The notes: a model not told the origin generated them from the letters alone. Positions 46,983-57,320 are shown, numbered from the stretch's first letter. The stretch: DNA of 64,000 bases from Kiritimatiellia bacterium (GCA_030744755.1 JASLPY010000016.1:6959-70958); one strand, 5' to 3'. Translations and numbers: made by a program.

Positions 46983-47121
46983 GAATGGCACTTACTTAAG
47001 GACACATGCCTTACGGCATTGACTACAAACGGATTCGTGTAAACGCTTACGACGTTTGCAGTTAAGCCCGTAAGGGCTGTTCTTCACCGTGCTGCTGCTG
47101 CCGCTTAAGTAAGTGCCATTC
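46983..47121. repeat. 139-bp element: an 18-bp perfect inverted repeat enclosing three 5-bp hairpins (candidate structured RNA, MITE-like element or bidirectional terminator)
   Basis: GAATGGCACTTACTTAAG (46983-47000) pairs with CTTAAGTAAGTGCCATTC (47104-47121). The inner hairpins are at 47006-47019 (loop TTAC), 47041-47057 (loop CTTACGA) and 47065-47078 (loop GTAA). The element lies between convergent stop codons. Confidence 0.8.
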
Positions 47122-47125
47122 CACA

Positions 47126-48643
47126 CTAGGGCAGCATGTCCAGGAGGGCTTGTTTCTCGTCGTCTTTCAGCTTCGAGCCACGGATGATATCGTCAACTAC
47201 ATTCATGTCGATGACGTCAGTCATTACCATATGCTGCAACGCCCTGGCTTGCGTGGTATTCTTTGAGCCCTTGAGTCTGCCCATCACGTACCCGGCAATG
47301 GTTCTGTGTTGTGTGAATGCGTCGGGGATCTGCATTATCCATTCTGTTGAGCCTCCCGGGGTCTTTTGGCCCTGCTGTACGGCTACGTTACTGAGGGCGT
47401 AAGCTTTGTCCATCTCGTTCTGCAGTCCCTCGGCCCATTCGCGTGCCGACGTCAGGTTGGATGCCGCCCAGTGGGAGGCCACGGCCTTGATCGCCGTGGG
47501 ACGCACGCTGTCCAGTCCCACATCCAGCGACCATTGTGCCGCCGCCTCAGGGTCCTTGCGCACCCAGTTTCGTACTGTGCCGCTGAGCGCATCCGGGTTG
47601 CGTTCAAAAAGGCCTGGGATCGAAGCGTACATCCTGGCTGCGCTGTCGGGGCTCGCAGAAGTCAGTCCGCGTGCCATACTCGATAGCATGACCGTGTATT
47701 CAGCGTCATCCGTGACAGTCTGGCTGATCCACTCAACAGCTTCCGTTAGATCTTCGTCGGCCCAGGCAATGGCAATGGTGGTCAGCATTCTGGGTCGAGA
47801 CGCGAGCTCCCCATCCGGCAGGTTGAACACATATGTCCAGGCCTCCTTGGCATCGTATACGACCCAATTCTTGTAGATCTGGGGCATGATCATGGCCCGC
47901 AGTTCGTCCGAGAGTCCCGCCGCGCTTCGAAGAGCTCCCTGGGGGTCCGACTGGGCCCATACGCCGTACACACCCACTGCAGTTGACGCCTCAAGGTTGG
48001 AAGGCAGTTCGCCCAGGTACTTCGACGCAGCAGCCGGATCCGTGGAAGCCCAGCCTTTTACCGCACTGCGGATGGCTTCCATGTATACGCGGCTGTTTCT
48101 GGCGTGGCTCACGCTGGAGCCGCCGGTGCGCGGGCCAGGGTCGAGGGCATTCGCCTGTCTGAGGGCCTCTTGCGGGTCCAGGGCTCCCTTCGTTTCAAAG
48201 ATACCCATGCAGATGTAGAGCTTGTTGATGTAATCGGATAAAGCTTTCATCAATCGCAAAGCATTGCCGAAGTCCTCGAGCGCAAGTTCCCTGCCTAAGG
48301 CCTTCAGGGCATCCTTTCTCTTCTGCATGTCGGAAACTGCCTTGATTGCGGCAAACCGGCGCAGGAACTCGATATTGGTCGTGGGGCCTTTTGGGACCAC
48401 GGGTTGCGGCGTGGTTGGAGTGTCGGGCGTGCCGCCGGTACCGGAACCGGGTGGAGGAGTGACCACCTGGTTCGAGATGGCAACTGTTCCCGGTACATCA
48501 CCATTCTGAACTGGCTCGCCGCCAGGGGGAGGAGGTCCGGGGTCATAGTCAGGCCTTCTCGTGATCAAGGTAGCGACTACCGCGACAGCAACAAGTGCAA
48601 GAAACAGGAGACAGAAAAGGCGCGTGAATCCGTTCATGTTCAT
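47126..48643 (-). CDS. membrane-anchored protein with a Pro-rich linker and an alpha-helical (HEAT/ARM-like) repeat body
   Basis: ATG 48643 gives 'MNMNGFTRLFCLLFLALVAVAVVATL'. This is followed by 'PDYDPGPPPPGGEP...TPPPGSGTGGTPDTPTTPQP' and about 400 aa of helical repeats. No family was recognised. Confidence 0.6.
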   Translation of the reverse strand: MNMNGFTRLFCLLFLALVAVAVVATLITRRPDYDPGPPPPGGEPVQNGDVPGTVAISNQVVTPPPGSGTGGTPDTPTTPQPVVPKGPTTNIEFLRRFAAIKAVSDMQKRKDALKALGRELALEDFGNALRLMKALSDYINKLYICMGIFETKGALDPQEALRQANALDPGPRTGGSSVSHARNSRVYMEAIRSAVKGWASTDPAAASKYLGELPSNLEASTAVGVYGVWAQSDPQGALRSAAGLSDELRAMIMPQIYKNWVVYDAKEAWTYVFNLPDGELASRPRMLTTIAIAWADEDLTEAVEWISQTVTDDAEYTVMLSSMARGLTSASPDSAARMYASIPGLFERNPDALSGTVRNWVRKDPEAAAQWSLDVGLDSVRPTAIKAVASHWAASNLTSAREWAEGLQNEMDKAYALSNVAVQQGQKTPGGSTEWIMQIPDAFTQHRTIAGYVMGRLKGSKNTTQARALQHMVMTDVIDMNVVDDIIRGSKLKDDEKQALLDMLP

Positions 48644-48666
48644 TCTCTCTTCTCTTACGGGTAGTG

Positions 48667-49923
48667 TCACAATTCCTGGCCCGTGTTGTCCAGCACGCTT
48701 TGCCACAGGGCGCCAGCCGGATCAATCTTCTTCCGCGACGCCACGGCTTCCGAAACCGGTACGTGAACGAAATGTCCATTCCAAAATCCGATTACCATTT
48801 CCGTTCTTCCGCTCATGGCCGCATGCACGGCATTTTCTGCCAGCTGGAAGCAGAACACAGAGTCGTCAGCACTGGCCGGAGCGCTTCGAATGATGTAAGA
48901 AGGATCAATGTATTTCACTGAGACAGGTTCGGAAATCTGCCGGAAGTGTTCTTCAATGGCGTTCTTCAGGAAAAGACCGATGTCACCAAACAACGTGTTG
49001 CCGGATGCATCTTGACCCGAAGCGCCGGCGAGATCCTGGCCGGCACCTTCCGCCACGACAATAACGGCGTGAGATTTCCTTTTCAGGCGCTTTTCAAGAA
49101 ACTTCAGTACGGATTCGAGAGTGAAAGGGACTTCCGGTACGAGCAGGAGGTTAACATCGCTCGAAGCCAGCGTCGCGTACGCTGCCACGAAACCTGACTG
49201 ACGCCCCATGAGTTTCACGAGTCCAATGCCATTGTTCACACCTTTTGCTTCGTTGTGAGCACCGTTTATAGGATCGCGGCTCATGGCAACCGCGGTTTCA
49301 AAACCGAAAGTCCTCGTTGTAAGGGCGATGTCGTTGTCGATCGTCTTCGGTATTCCAATGACCGAGATGGACAGTCCTCTCTTGCGTACTTCTTCGGCAA
49401 TGTCTCGGGATCCGCGTTGAGTGCCATCTCCGCCAATCGTGAACAGTATGTCGATCTCGTTCCGCACCAAGAAGTCAACGATTTCGCATGTGTCCTGCGG
49501 ACCTCGGGAGGAACCCAGGATGGTTCCGCCACTCTTATGGATGTCCTCGACGGTCTCCGGGGTCAGGGCCAGGGGTTGGTGATTGTATGACGACACGAGA
49601 CCCTGGTAGCCATAGCGCAGTCCGCGTATATCGGTCACACCATACCTGTACCATAATACAGTCGTCACTGCCCTGATAACGTCGTTGAGTCCGGGGCAGA
49701 GTCCCCCGCAGGTCACTATTGCCGCACGGGTTCTTGCCGGTTCAAAGAATATCCTGCTTCGCGGTCCCGCCTGTTCCAGGATCTCCCTGGGGTCTGTCCT
49801 GGCGTCCGAACCAACCGTCGCGTCAACCAGTACGCCGGTTGATTCGTCTCGAAAGAAGCGGCTGTCGAGAGGAGAGTCAATCCCGCACGGGCCGAGCGTT
49901 TGTATTTCCAGGCGATTGATCAT
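48667..49923 (-). CDS. pfk: 6-phosphofructokinase, ATP-dependent type
   Basis: 'IVTCGGLCPGLNDVIR', 'FTIGGDGTQRG' (GGDG, not the GGDD of PPi-dependent enzymes), 'GIPKTIDNDI' and 'KLMGRQSGF'. Confidence 0.85.
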   Translation of the reverse strand: MINRLEIQTLGPCGIDSPLDSRFFRDESTGVLVDATVGSDARTDPREILEQAGPRSRIFFEPARTRAAIVTCGGLCPGLNDVIRAVTTVLWYRYGVTDIRGLRYGYQGLVSSYNHQPLALTPETVEDIHKSGGTILGSSRGPQDTCEIVDFLVRNEIDILFTIGGDGTQRGSRDIAEEVRKRGLSISVIGIPKTIDNDIALTTRTFGFETAVAMSRDPINGAHNEAKGVNNGIGLVKLMGRQSGFVAAYATLASSDVNLLLVPEVPFTLESVLKFLEKRLKRKSHAVIVVAEGAGQDLAGASGQDASGNTLFGDIGLFLKNAIEEHFRQISEPVSVKYIDPSYIIRSAPASADDSVFCFQLAENAVHAAMSGRTEMVIGFWNGHFVHVPVSEAVASRKKIDPAGALWQSVLDNTGQEL

Positions 49924-50194
49924 GCAGGCCTTTCATTTGCCGAATTGTTGTTCCCGGATTTTCTTCCCGTGACAGGAAGAATCTATGCCGTGCCGCGGGT
50001 ACATCCATTTTGTGTCAGAAATCCAACGAGGATACAAGGAAGAGGTTGTTGCAGAGTTTCCGCCGTGAACGGGAATCCCGATGGTTGATGTGGGGCGGAG
50101 GCGAAGTGAAGTCCACGCGCACCAACGTAAAGCAGATCGTGACTACACAGCCTGTGAGATCCGGGAAGGTCAAGTAGGGCTGCCGGATGTTCCG

Positions 50195-50614
50195 CTACTT
50201 TGCTTCGGCCTTGATGTATATTTTCTTGGGCGCTTCAGGGAAATACTTCAGGAGAGCCGGACAGAGCCAGCCTTCGGCCTTGAATTCCTCCGAGTAGTAC
50301 CAGTTGCCGGTGCCGTCACTTCTCTTCCATGTCAGCGAATGCGTGTGCCCTGGAAAAGGATCGGCGGAGAACAGGAGTCGGAAGCCTCTTTCCGCACCGC
50401 CGATATCCTTAACGAGCTGATCGATCAGTTCGGGAATACCCGCGACGAAAGGTTCGGCATGCAGGCCGACACGACGATCGTCGAAAACCCACGTTCCCTG
50501 GTGTCTGTAGGGGGCGATGACCAGGATCGAGTTCTTGCCGAGGGTCTGCTGCTCCCTGCAACCAGCAGCAACCAGCAGCGCAAGTACCAATACCAGTTTC
50601 AGTAATCTTTTCAT
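50195..50614 (-). CDS. small lipoprotein, function unknown
   Basis: Lipobox 'LLVAAGC'. An SD (AAGGAGGG) is upstream. Confidence 0.65.
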   Translation of the reverse strand: MKRLLKLVLVLALLVAAGCREQQTLGKNSILVIAPYRHQGTWVFDDRRVGLHAEPFVAGIPELIDQLVKDIGGAERGFRLLFSADPFPGHTHSLTWKRSDGTGNWYYSEEFKAEGWLCPALLKYFPEAPKKIYIKAEAK

Positions 50615-50643
50615 CTCTTCCCTCCTTTAATTGCCTTTTAAAC

Positions 50644-50669
50644 CGCGGATTACGCGGATTACACGGATA
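50644..50669. repeat. short tandem repeat CGCGGATTA x2 plus a degenerate third copy, just upstream of the lipoprotein gene
   Basis: Read directly: copies at 50644-50652 and 50653-50661, followed by CACGGATA. Confidence 0.7.
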
Positions 50670-50774
50670 TAGGATGTTGCTGCATACCGCGTTCCCCAAT
50701 ACCCGTGCCCATCGGCGCCCATCAGCGGTTAATCCCCGGTTTTCATGAGACTCTTGACAGTTCCCTGGTTCTGT

Positions 50775-52751
50775 CTATTGAACGTCATTTTCAAGATACA
50801 GGGCTATCTCGTGAAAGACCTTCTTTCGGATTCTCTCAGATTCGTTCATGAGTTGATGGCCTGCTCCTGGGACCTTGGAAATCCGGGCCTTTGGAATCTT
50901 CTCTGCCAGGGATGGCAGGTTGTATCTCCAGTGGACCGTGGTGTCGCCCGTCCCCTGGATGATCTTTACCGGCATATCGATTCCGGGGGCCGTTTCGTAG
51001 CGATCGTTCCATCTTCTCAATGCCTCCGACCATTTCATGGGTACCCTGCGAGGCTGCAGGGGATCGTTCCTTGTGAATTCCAGGAACGATGGGTCTGATG
51101 AGTTTCGGCGGAAAGTGCGCGGAACTGAATCAACGAAAACTCCGGCAACGCTTTCGCCTACACCGGCAGTTCGCCACAGCACGCTGCGCACCAGCGGCGC
51201 CAGGAGAACGACCTTGTCAAGAAGCCCGGCCATCTCCTCGTCACGCAATGTGTCTATGGCAACCGGGCACCCCATGCTGTGAGCCACGAGGTGATAGGGT
51301 TCAGGAAGGTCCCGTCGGCACCTTTTCACAAAGGATCGCAGTACTTCGGAGTATTCTCCAAAATCGCCGATAGATGCCCTTTCACCGGATGAAAGTCCGT
51401 GTCCGGGTTGATCATATGCGCAAACGGCATAGCCGCGAGCCAGGAGGAACTCTATCAAGTGCCGGAGCACCCCTGCGTGGTCGTAGTAGCCGTGCACGAG
51501 CACTACGGTTCCACGAGGCGAGGCAGGGACGAAAGCGTGAGCCGCCAGGGAATACGACCCGGAAGCAAATGTTCCGAAGTAATGGTCCACCCCCGGAAAG
51601 TCCAATCCATAGAATTGAAAGTACTCCAGCATGTCTGGTGTAGGGGAGAAGGGTACACTGCAATCCAGAGGTCCGGCAGTCTCCGCTGCCCCGGCAATGA
51701 ACGCTGTCGCATTGTCACCTGTAACCCCGGTGTCTTCGCGGCTGGTGCTTTCGGTGGAAAACTCGGGGCAGTTTCGAAGGAACTTCTCCAGTCCCTCTTT
51801 CCACTTCGCGGGATCCGATGCCAGGCAGGGCTCGTGCCCTGCTTCGTCAAAGACGACGATGTCTTTTGACGCGGCGATGGCGTCGAAAATGCTCATGATT
51901 TCATCAATCTTTGCCCTCGGGTCCGACTTGCCATGCATGAACAGCGTTGGCGATTTGGTGGAAGCGGCATAGGTCACGGGATTGTGACTGAAAGCAGGGA
52001 AGTCCAATTGGAATCCACCCCAAAATACAAGGGTCTCCGCGAAAAGGAAAGAAGGCAGCTTCATCAGTCTGAACCGGTTCCTCACGGTACCCAGCGTCGT
52101 TGCAAATACTCCTTCCAAAACGAGGGCGTCGGCATCCATGATGTCCAGATGGCAAGCACGCAGGGCTGCGGCTCCGCCCATCGACTGTCCGTAAACGAGA
52201 AGTGGGAGCCCCGGGCAAAGGGTCCTGGTAAGACGAGCTCCGGCAGCGGCATCCAGGGCTTCGTGATAACCGATGCTTGTGGAATTTCCTTCCGAACCTC
52301 CGCTGCCACGAAAATCAATCATCACGACATCAAATGAGAGATCCTTGAAGGCTTTAGCTTCGAGCATCATGTCTGACTTGCATGCACCGTAACCGTGCAG
52401 GAGCAATGCTGCTCCACGAGGATTGGAATGAGGGATATGCCAGGCTTCCAGGCGTGGTTGCATGGGGCTCTCCAGCTGGTGAACGGAAAAACTCATGCCC
52501 TCTGAAAGCGGATCAGAATCGTTTTCGGGGCGTGGGAGGCGTACCCCTGAAGACAAAACTCTGAGCTTTGCCAATGGAGATAAATCCTCCGGCTTCTGCG
52601 TGCGAACACCGCCGGTAGTGAAATGGAGCATCGCGCGTGCGTGCATGAAAGCAGCCACGTTGAGTCCAGCTACTAATAGGATAACTGCCAAGCTCATGGT
52701 CCACAGGGGGTGATGCAGCACAAACGTAAAGAACTTACTTGTCATTCTCAT
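50775..52751 (-). CDS. fusion of two alpha/beta-hydrolase domains, N-terminally membrane-anchored
   Basis: Domain 1 has 'ALLLHGYGACKSDM' and the nucleophile elbow 'GQSMGGAAAL'. Domain 2 has 'VVLVHGYYDHAGV', 'AHSMGCPVAI', 'GTGDTTVHW' and 'GAGHQL' (lysophospholipase-like). Confidence 0.8.
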   Translation of the reverse strand: MRMTSKFFTFVLHHPLWTMSLAVILLVAGLNVAAFMHARAMLHFTTGGVRTQKPEDLSPLAKLRVLSSGVRLPRPENDSDPLSEGMSFSVHQLESPMQPRLEAWHIPHSNPRGAALLLHGYGACKSDMMLEAKAFKDLSFDVVMIDFRGSGGSEGNSTSIGYHEALDAAAGARLTRTLCPGLPLLVYGQSMGGAAALRACHLDIMDADALVLEGVFATTLGTVRNRFRLMKLPSFLFAETLVFWGGFQLDFPAFSHNPVTYAASTKSPTLFMHGKSDPRAKIDEIMSIFDAIAASKDIVVFDEAGHEPCLASDPAKWKEGLEKFLRNCPEFSTESTSREDTGVTGDNATAFIAGAAETAGPLDCSVPFSPTPDMLEYFQFYGLDFPGVDHYFGTFASGSYSLAAHAFVPASPRGTVVLVHGYYDHAGVLRHLIEFLLARGYAVCAYDQPGHGLSSGERASIGDFGEYSEVLRSFVKRCRRDLPEPYHLVAHSMGCPVAIDTLRDEEMAGLLDKVVLLAPLVRSVLWRTAGVGESVAGVFVDSVPRTFRRNSSDPSFLEFTRNDPLQPRRVPMKWSEALRRWNDRYETAPGIDMPVKIIQGTGDTTVHWRYNLPSLAEKIPKARISKVPGAGHQLMNESERIRKKVFHEIALYLENDVQ

Positions 52752-53122
52752 GATAAAGACGCAGTAGCGTGATCAGTACACCTGATCTCACTTCGGAATA
52801 GAGTGCAAGAGGCGTGCCAAGGTTGCATTTTCACTCCTCTTGCCTACAGACGCTGGTGTTGCCGGCCATTGATCTTGTTCGAACCTGTACATTTCTTGTA
52901 CGCTCGGTGTGCATCACTTGCCCTGGCAGCGGTGTGTCTCGGATTCAGTTGAGTTGGGCGTCGGAGCCAGTGCCCCTCCCGCCATTGGGCGTGCATTGCA
53001 CAGGGGAGGGTCGGCGGCCCCGCCGACCGCGCAAATGGCTCGCGAACAGGTCCGTACATTTGTAGCGGCTCCGTCCGAGGCGGAAGCTCGTCCCTCCAGA
53101 TTTGGAAGATCAGACAGAATTC

Positions 53123-53542
53123 CTATTCGCTGAAGATGTCGTCCAGAGTTTCCCGAATTGTTCCCATGCTGAAAGGCTTCTGGAGAAGCCCCAGCATTCC
53201 TTCGGCCAGCAGTCCTCTCACGTTGGAGTCGGCGTTATACCCGCTGGTTAGAAGAGCTCTAACATCAGGATTGATAATCCTGAGGTCCCGGAAACAGGCG
53301 CCCCCATCTTTTCCGGGCATAGAGAGATCGATTATTACCAGGTCTATCTCTTTCCAGCGTTGGGTATAAATCCTGACGGCTTCCTCTGCGCCATCGGCAG
53401 TGATTACAGCGTGGCCGCTTAGTTCCAGTATGGCGGAACCGGCATCCCTGATGAAATCTTCGTCGTCAACCAGAAGGATGAGTTTCCCTTGACCCGCCTG
53501 CTCAGCGTTCGCATTGTTCGGCGTATGGTCTTCCTCACTCAT
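53123..53542 (-). CDS. single-domain response regulator (CheY-like receiver)
   Basis: 'LILLVDDEDFIRD', 'DLVIIDLSMPGKDG' and 'LLTSGY...LQKPF'. Confidence 0.9.
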   Translation of the reverse strand: MSEEDHTPNNANAEQAGQGKLILLVDDEDFIRDAGSAILELSGHAVITADGAEEAVRIYTQRWKEIDLVIIDLSMPGKDGGACFRDLRIINPDVRALLTSGYNADSNVRGLLAEGMLGLLQKPFSMGTIRETLDDIFSE

Positions 53543-53583
53543 TAACGGGGGTTCCTTCTCTGTTAAAGGGGGGGACGGGCGGT

Positions 53584-55425
53584 CTATACGGACAGCACCT
53601 CTTTGAGCAGGCCAAGCAGGGCATCCATCTCGAAAGGTTTCTGGATAAATCCCGCCAGCCCGTGGTTGGCAAAGCTCTTCTTACTGTCCTGTTCTCCAAA
53701 TCCTGTGCAGAGAATGACTTTCACCTTTGAGTCAATCTCTTTCATCATTTTGTAGGCTTCCGGGCCACTTAACTCTGGCATCGTCATGTTCAGGAGTACG
53801 ACGTCGATCTGGTCCGCGTTCTCCCGAAAGATATCCACGCCCTTCATTCCGTCTGAAGCCGTCAGCACAGTATATCCATGACGAGACAGCATGGTTGACG
53901 TTACAGTCCTCACCGTCTCTTCATCGTCTACAATGAGTACGGTTTCGGTGGCTTCATCTGAATCATGCCCGTGTCTTCCTGTGATCTGCTCTTCTGTTCT
54001 GAGTTCCTTGCCACTGGCCGGCAGCAACACCCTGAACGCGGATCCTTTTTCGATCTCGCTGTGCACAGTGATCGCACCCTTGTGGCCCCTCACTATTCCC
54101 AGAACCGACGCCAGTCCAATCCCTCGTCCCATTTCCTTGGTAGTGAAGAACGGATCAAAGATGCGTTCAACAGTCGCCTCGTCCATCCCGGGACCGGTAT
54201 CCGCCACTTCAAGGCATACGTAATCGCCTCCCGGCAAGTCGTCATCGAGGTAGGTTGATGCCAGTTCTTCGTCCGATGCAGTTATTTCGCTTGTGCTTAT
54301 CGTTATCCTGCCACTTTCACCTTTAATGGCGTCCGAAGCGTTTGTCGCGAGGCTCACCAGGAGCTGACGAATCTGGGATGTATCGACCTCCACAGGAGGG
54401 AGATCCTCGGCGAAATCGTAGTCGAGGATCACTTTCTTCGATACGGATGCTCTGAGTAGTTGCGAAATCCCTTCGACAAGGTTGTTCAGATTGACCAGCT
54501 CGATAACAAAGTGCCCTTTGCCCGCGTACGCGAGAAGCTGTCGTGTCAGTTCTGAAGCTTCTATAGCAGCCGTCTTTATCTGCTCTACGCTGGCACGGGC
54601 CGGTGAAAGCGGGGCGAGGTCCATAAGTGCGAGGTCGGCATTACCCAAGACGCCAACCAGCATGTTGTTGAAGTCATGCGCAACCCCACCTGCAAGGCTC
54701 TCCAGGCCTTCGAGCTTTTCGGCATGCTGCATCTGGCCCAGCAGGCGGCGCTGATCTTCTTCAGTTCTTCGGTAGTCGCTCATGTCTACTGCCAGACCCA
54801 GCGCAGTATGCGCTTCTCCCTGCCCGTTATGAATGGCATAAGTCGTCATCATGGCGGGGAATTCCTGCCCCGATTTGCGCACGAGAGTGGGTTTGGTTGA
54901 CAGCGGATGCTGCTGCGTTTCCTGCGCATTGTAAATCTTGTCGAGGCTCTTGGATTCCTCGTTCGCATAGAGTTCGGCTACTGGTTTGCCTACAACCTCA
55001 TCCCTGGAGTAACCAAAAAGCGCTTCGGCGCCCGAACTGAAATCGAGTATTTTAGAATTGCCGCCTGCCAGATCTGTTGTGACGAAAGCGACGTCCTTTG
55101 ATGCATCAAGCATGGCACGCAGCCGCTGCTCGCTTCGATCCAGCGCCTGCTGGACATCCAGGCGTTGTTTCACGCTGACAACAAGCCCCGCCACAAGTGC
55201 CAGAACGATGGCCATTGCGACGACATGTATGAGGGTCGAGTTCTGACCCGGCCCTTCGGATGAGCCGCTCGAGTCGATTTCCGCTTCGGACAGTCTCTTC
55301 CCGGAAACGGAAATGCCCTTCCCATCTGCGGTGTCCGATGCGCTGTTCTGAGCGGATACCAGTCCGGCCATGACGACTATCAGAACGATAACTACCAGAA
55401 AAGATGCTACAAATCTCATTTTCAT
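53584..55425 (-). CDS. hybrid sensor histidine kinase (2 TM, PAS, HisKA, HATPase_c, C-terminal receiver)
   Basis: H-box 'LAGGVAHDFNNMLVGV', G-boxes 'DTGPGMD' and 'GRGIGLASV', and receiver 'VLIVDDEETVRTV...VLLNMTMPELSG'. ATG 55425 is preferred over GTG 55443. Confidence 0.9.
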   Translation of the reverse strand: MKMRFVASFLVVIVLIVVMAGLVSAQNSASDTADGKGISVSGKRLSEAEIDSSGSSEGPGQNSTLIHVVAMAIVLALVAGLVVSVKQRLDVQQALDRSEQRLRAMLDASKDVAFVTTDLAGGNSKILDFSSGAEALFGYSRDEVVGKPVAELYANEESKSLDKIYNAQETQQHPLSTKPTLVRKSGQEFPAMMTTYAIHNGQGEAHTALGLAVDMSDYRRTEEDQRRLLGQMQHAEKLEGLESLAGGVAHDFNNMLVGVLGNADLALMDLAPLSPARASVEQIKTAAIEASELTRQLLAYAGKGHFVIELVNLNNLVEGISQLLRASVSKKVILDYDFAEDLPPVEVDTSQIRQLLVSLATNASDAIKGESGRITISTSEITASDEELASTYLDDDLPGGDYVCLEVADTGPGMDEATVERIFDPFFTTKEMGRGIGLASVLGIVRGHKGAITVHSEIEKGSAFRVLLPASGKELRTEEQITGRHGHDSDEATETVLIVDDEETVRTVTSTMLSRHGYTVLTASDGMKGVDIFRENADQIDVVLLNMTMPELSGPEAYKMMKEIDSKVKVILCTGFGEQDSKKSFANHGLAGFIQKPFEMDALLGLLKEVLSV

Positions 55426-55633
55426 CCTTGCGCCCCCACCCACAGGAGGAATCTAGGGATTCACCCTTGGAATAGCAAGAGTGTTCTGAGCGTTTCGTGT
55501 TCATCGTGAAACGTTTAATTGCGCGTGGAAATAAACTGAACGCCTGAAATTGACGTCCCGCGTGCGATCTGCCAGTATCCTCAATCTAAGATAACAAAAG
55601 GGCGGATGTGATTCTCCTGGGGGGTAACTGAGA

Positions 55634-57145
55634 ATGGATGTGCCGACAATAGTCCAAATGCTGGAAATGCAGGCATCCCGGAATCCCGGTAAGACGGCAA
55701 TCTTTGACCACGGTTCTGAACTCACATATGGCGAGTTGAAAGATCAGGCAGACGCACTTGCGGGTTATCTTGTGGAGGCAGGGCTCAAGAAGGGAGCTCG
55801 GGTCGGACTCCTCCTTGATAAGACCCCGGAAGCGATTGTGGCTTTTCTTGGGGTTGCCCGGGCCGGCGGTGTGGTGTTTCCTTTGAACTACAATCAGACC
55901 CGTGCCAACCTGCAGGAAACTCTCCAGCTCACCGATCCATTCGCGTTGGTTGTTGCGAGTCGTTACCTTCCGTTGGTCGACGACGGTGCCGATGTTGAGA
56001 AAGAAAGCTTGATTATCGTCCTGGGGGAACCCGATGGCCGGGGGGGCATATCTTGGCAGGACGTGTTGAAATCAGCAGGCTCCGGTTCCTTTCCTGAGAT
56101 CTTTCCAGACGATCTGGTCTACCTTAACTTCACTTCGGGCTCCACCGGACATCCCAAGGGCGCCGAGACCACGCATGCGCAGATCTACTGGAACACGCTT
56201 GCATCGATAGAATGTCTCGAACTCACACCTGAAGATATCCACCTGTGCATGTTTCCGATATTCGTTCACCCCCATGAGCTCTTTGCCCGTCCTCTTCTCC
56301 TTGGAGGTTCCTTTGTTCTTGTTGACGGAGTGGCGCCAAGGACCATTGCAGCAGCGATAGAAAAACATGGTGTCACCTGCATGATGGCGACGGCATCTAT
56401 CTATGTGAACCTGGCGAGGCATAGCCGGGCAAACCATGTGAGCCTGGAATCATTGAGGATCGCGGAGAGTGGCGGGATGCATATTTCAGCGGCCATGTAC
56501 ACAGAACTTACAGAAGCTCTTGGTATCCCGCTGTATCCAGTATGGGGAAGCACCGAAACAACGGGTATTGCACTTGCGAACAGGCCCGGACATCCCTATA
56601 AGCCGGGCTCTGCAGGCACGCCGTGCCCTTACTATGATATCACCCTGATTGACAGCCGGGGCGGCGACGTGGTTCCGGGGCATGTGGGAGAGATGGTTGT
56701 CAGTGGGCCCGCTGTGTGTGCACGGTATTTCAGGAATCCCGTGGAAACCGGGAAACACATGAAGAATGGAAGTACCCACACCGGGGATCTGTTCATCCGT
56801 GATGCGGACAACCGCTACTCGTTTGTCGGCAGGCTGAGTCGCATGATCAAGGCCGCAGGATTGAGGATCTACCCCGATGAGGTACAGGCTGTATTGAATA
56901 CACACCCGGAGATTGCCGAAGCCGCCGTGGTCAGGGGAAAGCATCCATCCAGGGGCGAAGTTCCGAAAGCTGTCATTGTGATGAATGCAGATGTTCCTCC
57001 CGATGCTGAAGCTATCCGTCGTTTTTGCGAAGAAAGAATGGCGAGATACAAGGTGCCCAGGCTATACGAATTCGTGGATCAGCTCCCGAAAGCCGACAGC
57101 GGCAAGATCCTGTACTCAAAGCTGGACAGTCCGGCCGAGATTTGA
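55634..57145 (+). CDS. AMP-forming acyl-CoA synthetase/ligase (class I adenylate-forming enzyme)
   Basis: AMP-binding motif 'LNFTSGSTGHPKGAETTH', 'YPVWGSTET', 'HTGDLFIRD' and a C-terminal 'PKADSGKI'. Confidence 0.9.
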   Translation: MDVPTIVQMLEMQASRNPGKTAIFDHGSELTYGELKDQADALAGYLVEAGLKKGARVGLLLDKTPEAIVAFLGVARAGGVVFPLNYNQTRANLQETLQLTDPFALVVASRYLPLVDDGADVEKESLIIVLGEPDGRGGISWQDVLKSAGSGSFPEIFPDDLVYLNFTSGSTGHPKGAETTHAQIYWNTLASIECLELTPEDIHLCMFPIFVHPHELFARPLLLGGSFVLVDGVAPRTIAAAIEKHGVTCMMATASIYVNLARHSRANHVSLESLRIAESGGMHISAAMYTELTEALGIPLYPVWGSTETTGIALANRPGHPYKPGSAGTPCPYYDITLIDSRGGDVVPGHVGEMVVSGPAVCARYFRNPVETGKHMKNGSTHTGDLFIRDADNRYSFVGRLSRMIKAAGLRIYPDEVQAVLNTHPEIAEAAVVRGKHPSRGEVPKAVIVMNADVPPDAEAIRRFCEERMARYKVPRLYEFVDQLPKADSGKILYSKLDSPAEI

Positions 57146-57320
57146 GGACGGCCAAGGATCAGGACGCATTCGGAGAACCCTCATTCTGCCGATTTCCTTT
57201 TTCTCGCCGGTGTGCTTCTGCTAAACTTCTAGATGATATGGACAGTGCCGGATCAGGATGATCCAGCCGTTGGCTTGGCATGCGGTTGGGATTCAGCGTA
57301 AGGTTGCCAGATAGAGGTAA

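Noticed and set aside
52752-53122. ~370-bp non-coding region searched for a riboswitch, sRNA or small gene
   Set aside because: It contains only short imperfect hairpins (for example GCAAGAGG/CCTCTTGC and GTCGGCGG/CCGCCGAC) and featureless ORFs of 83 aa or less. I recognise no known RNA family, so it is most simply a promoter/leader region for the hydrolase gene.
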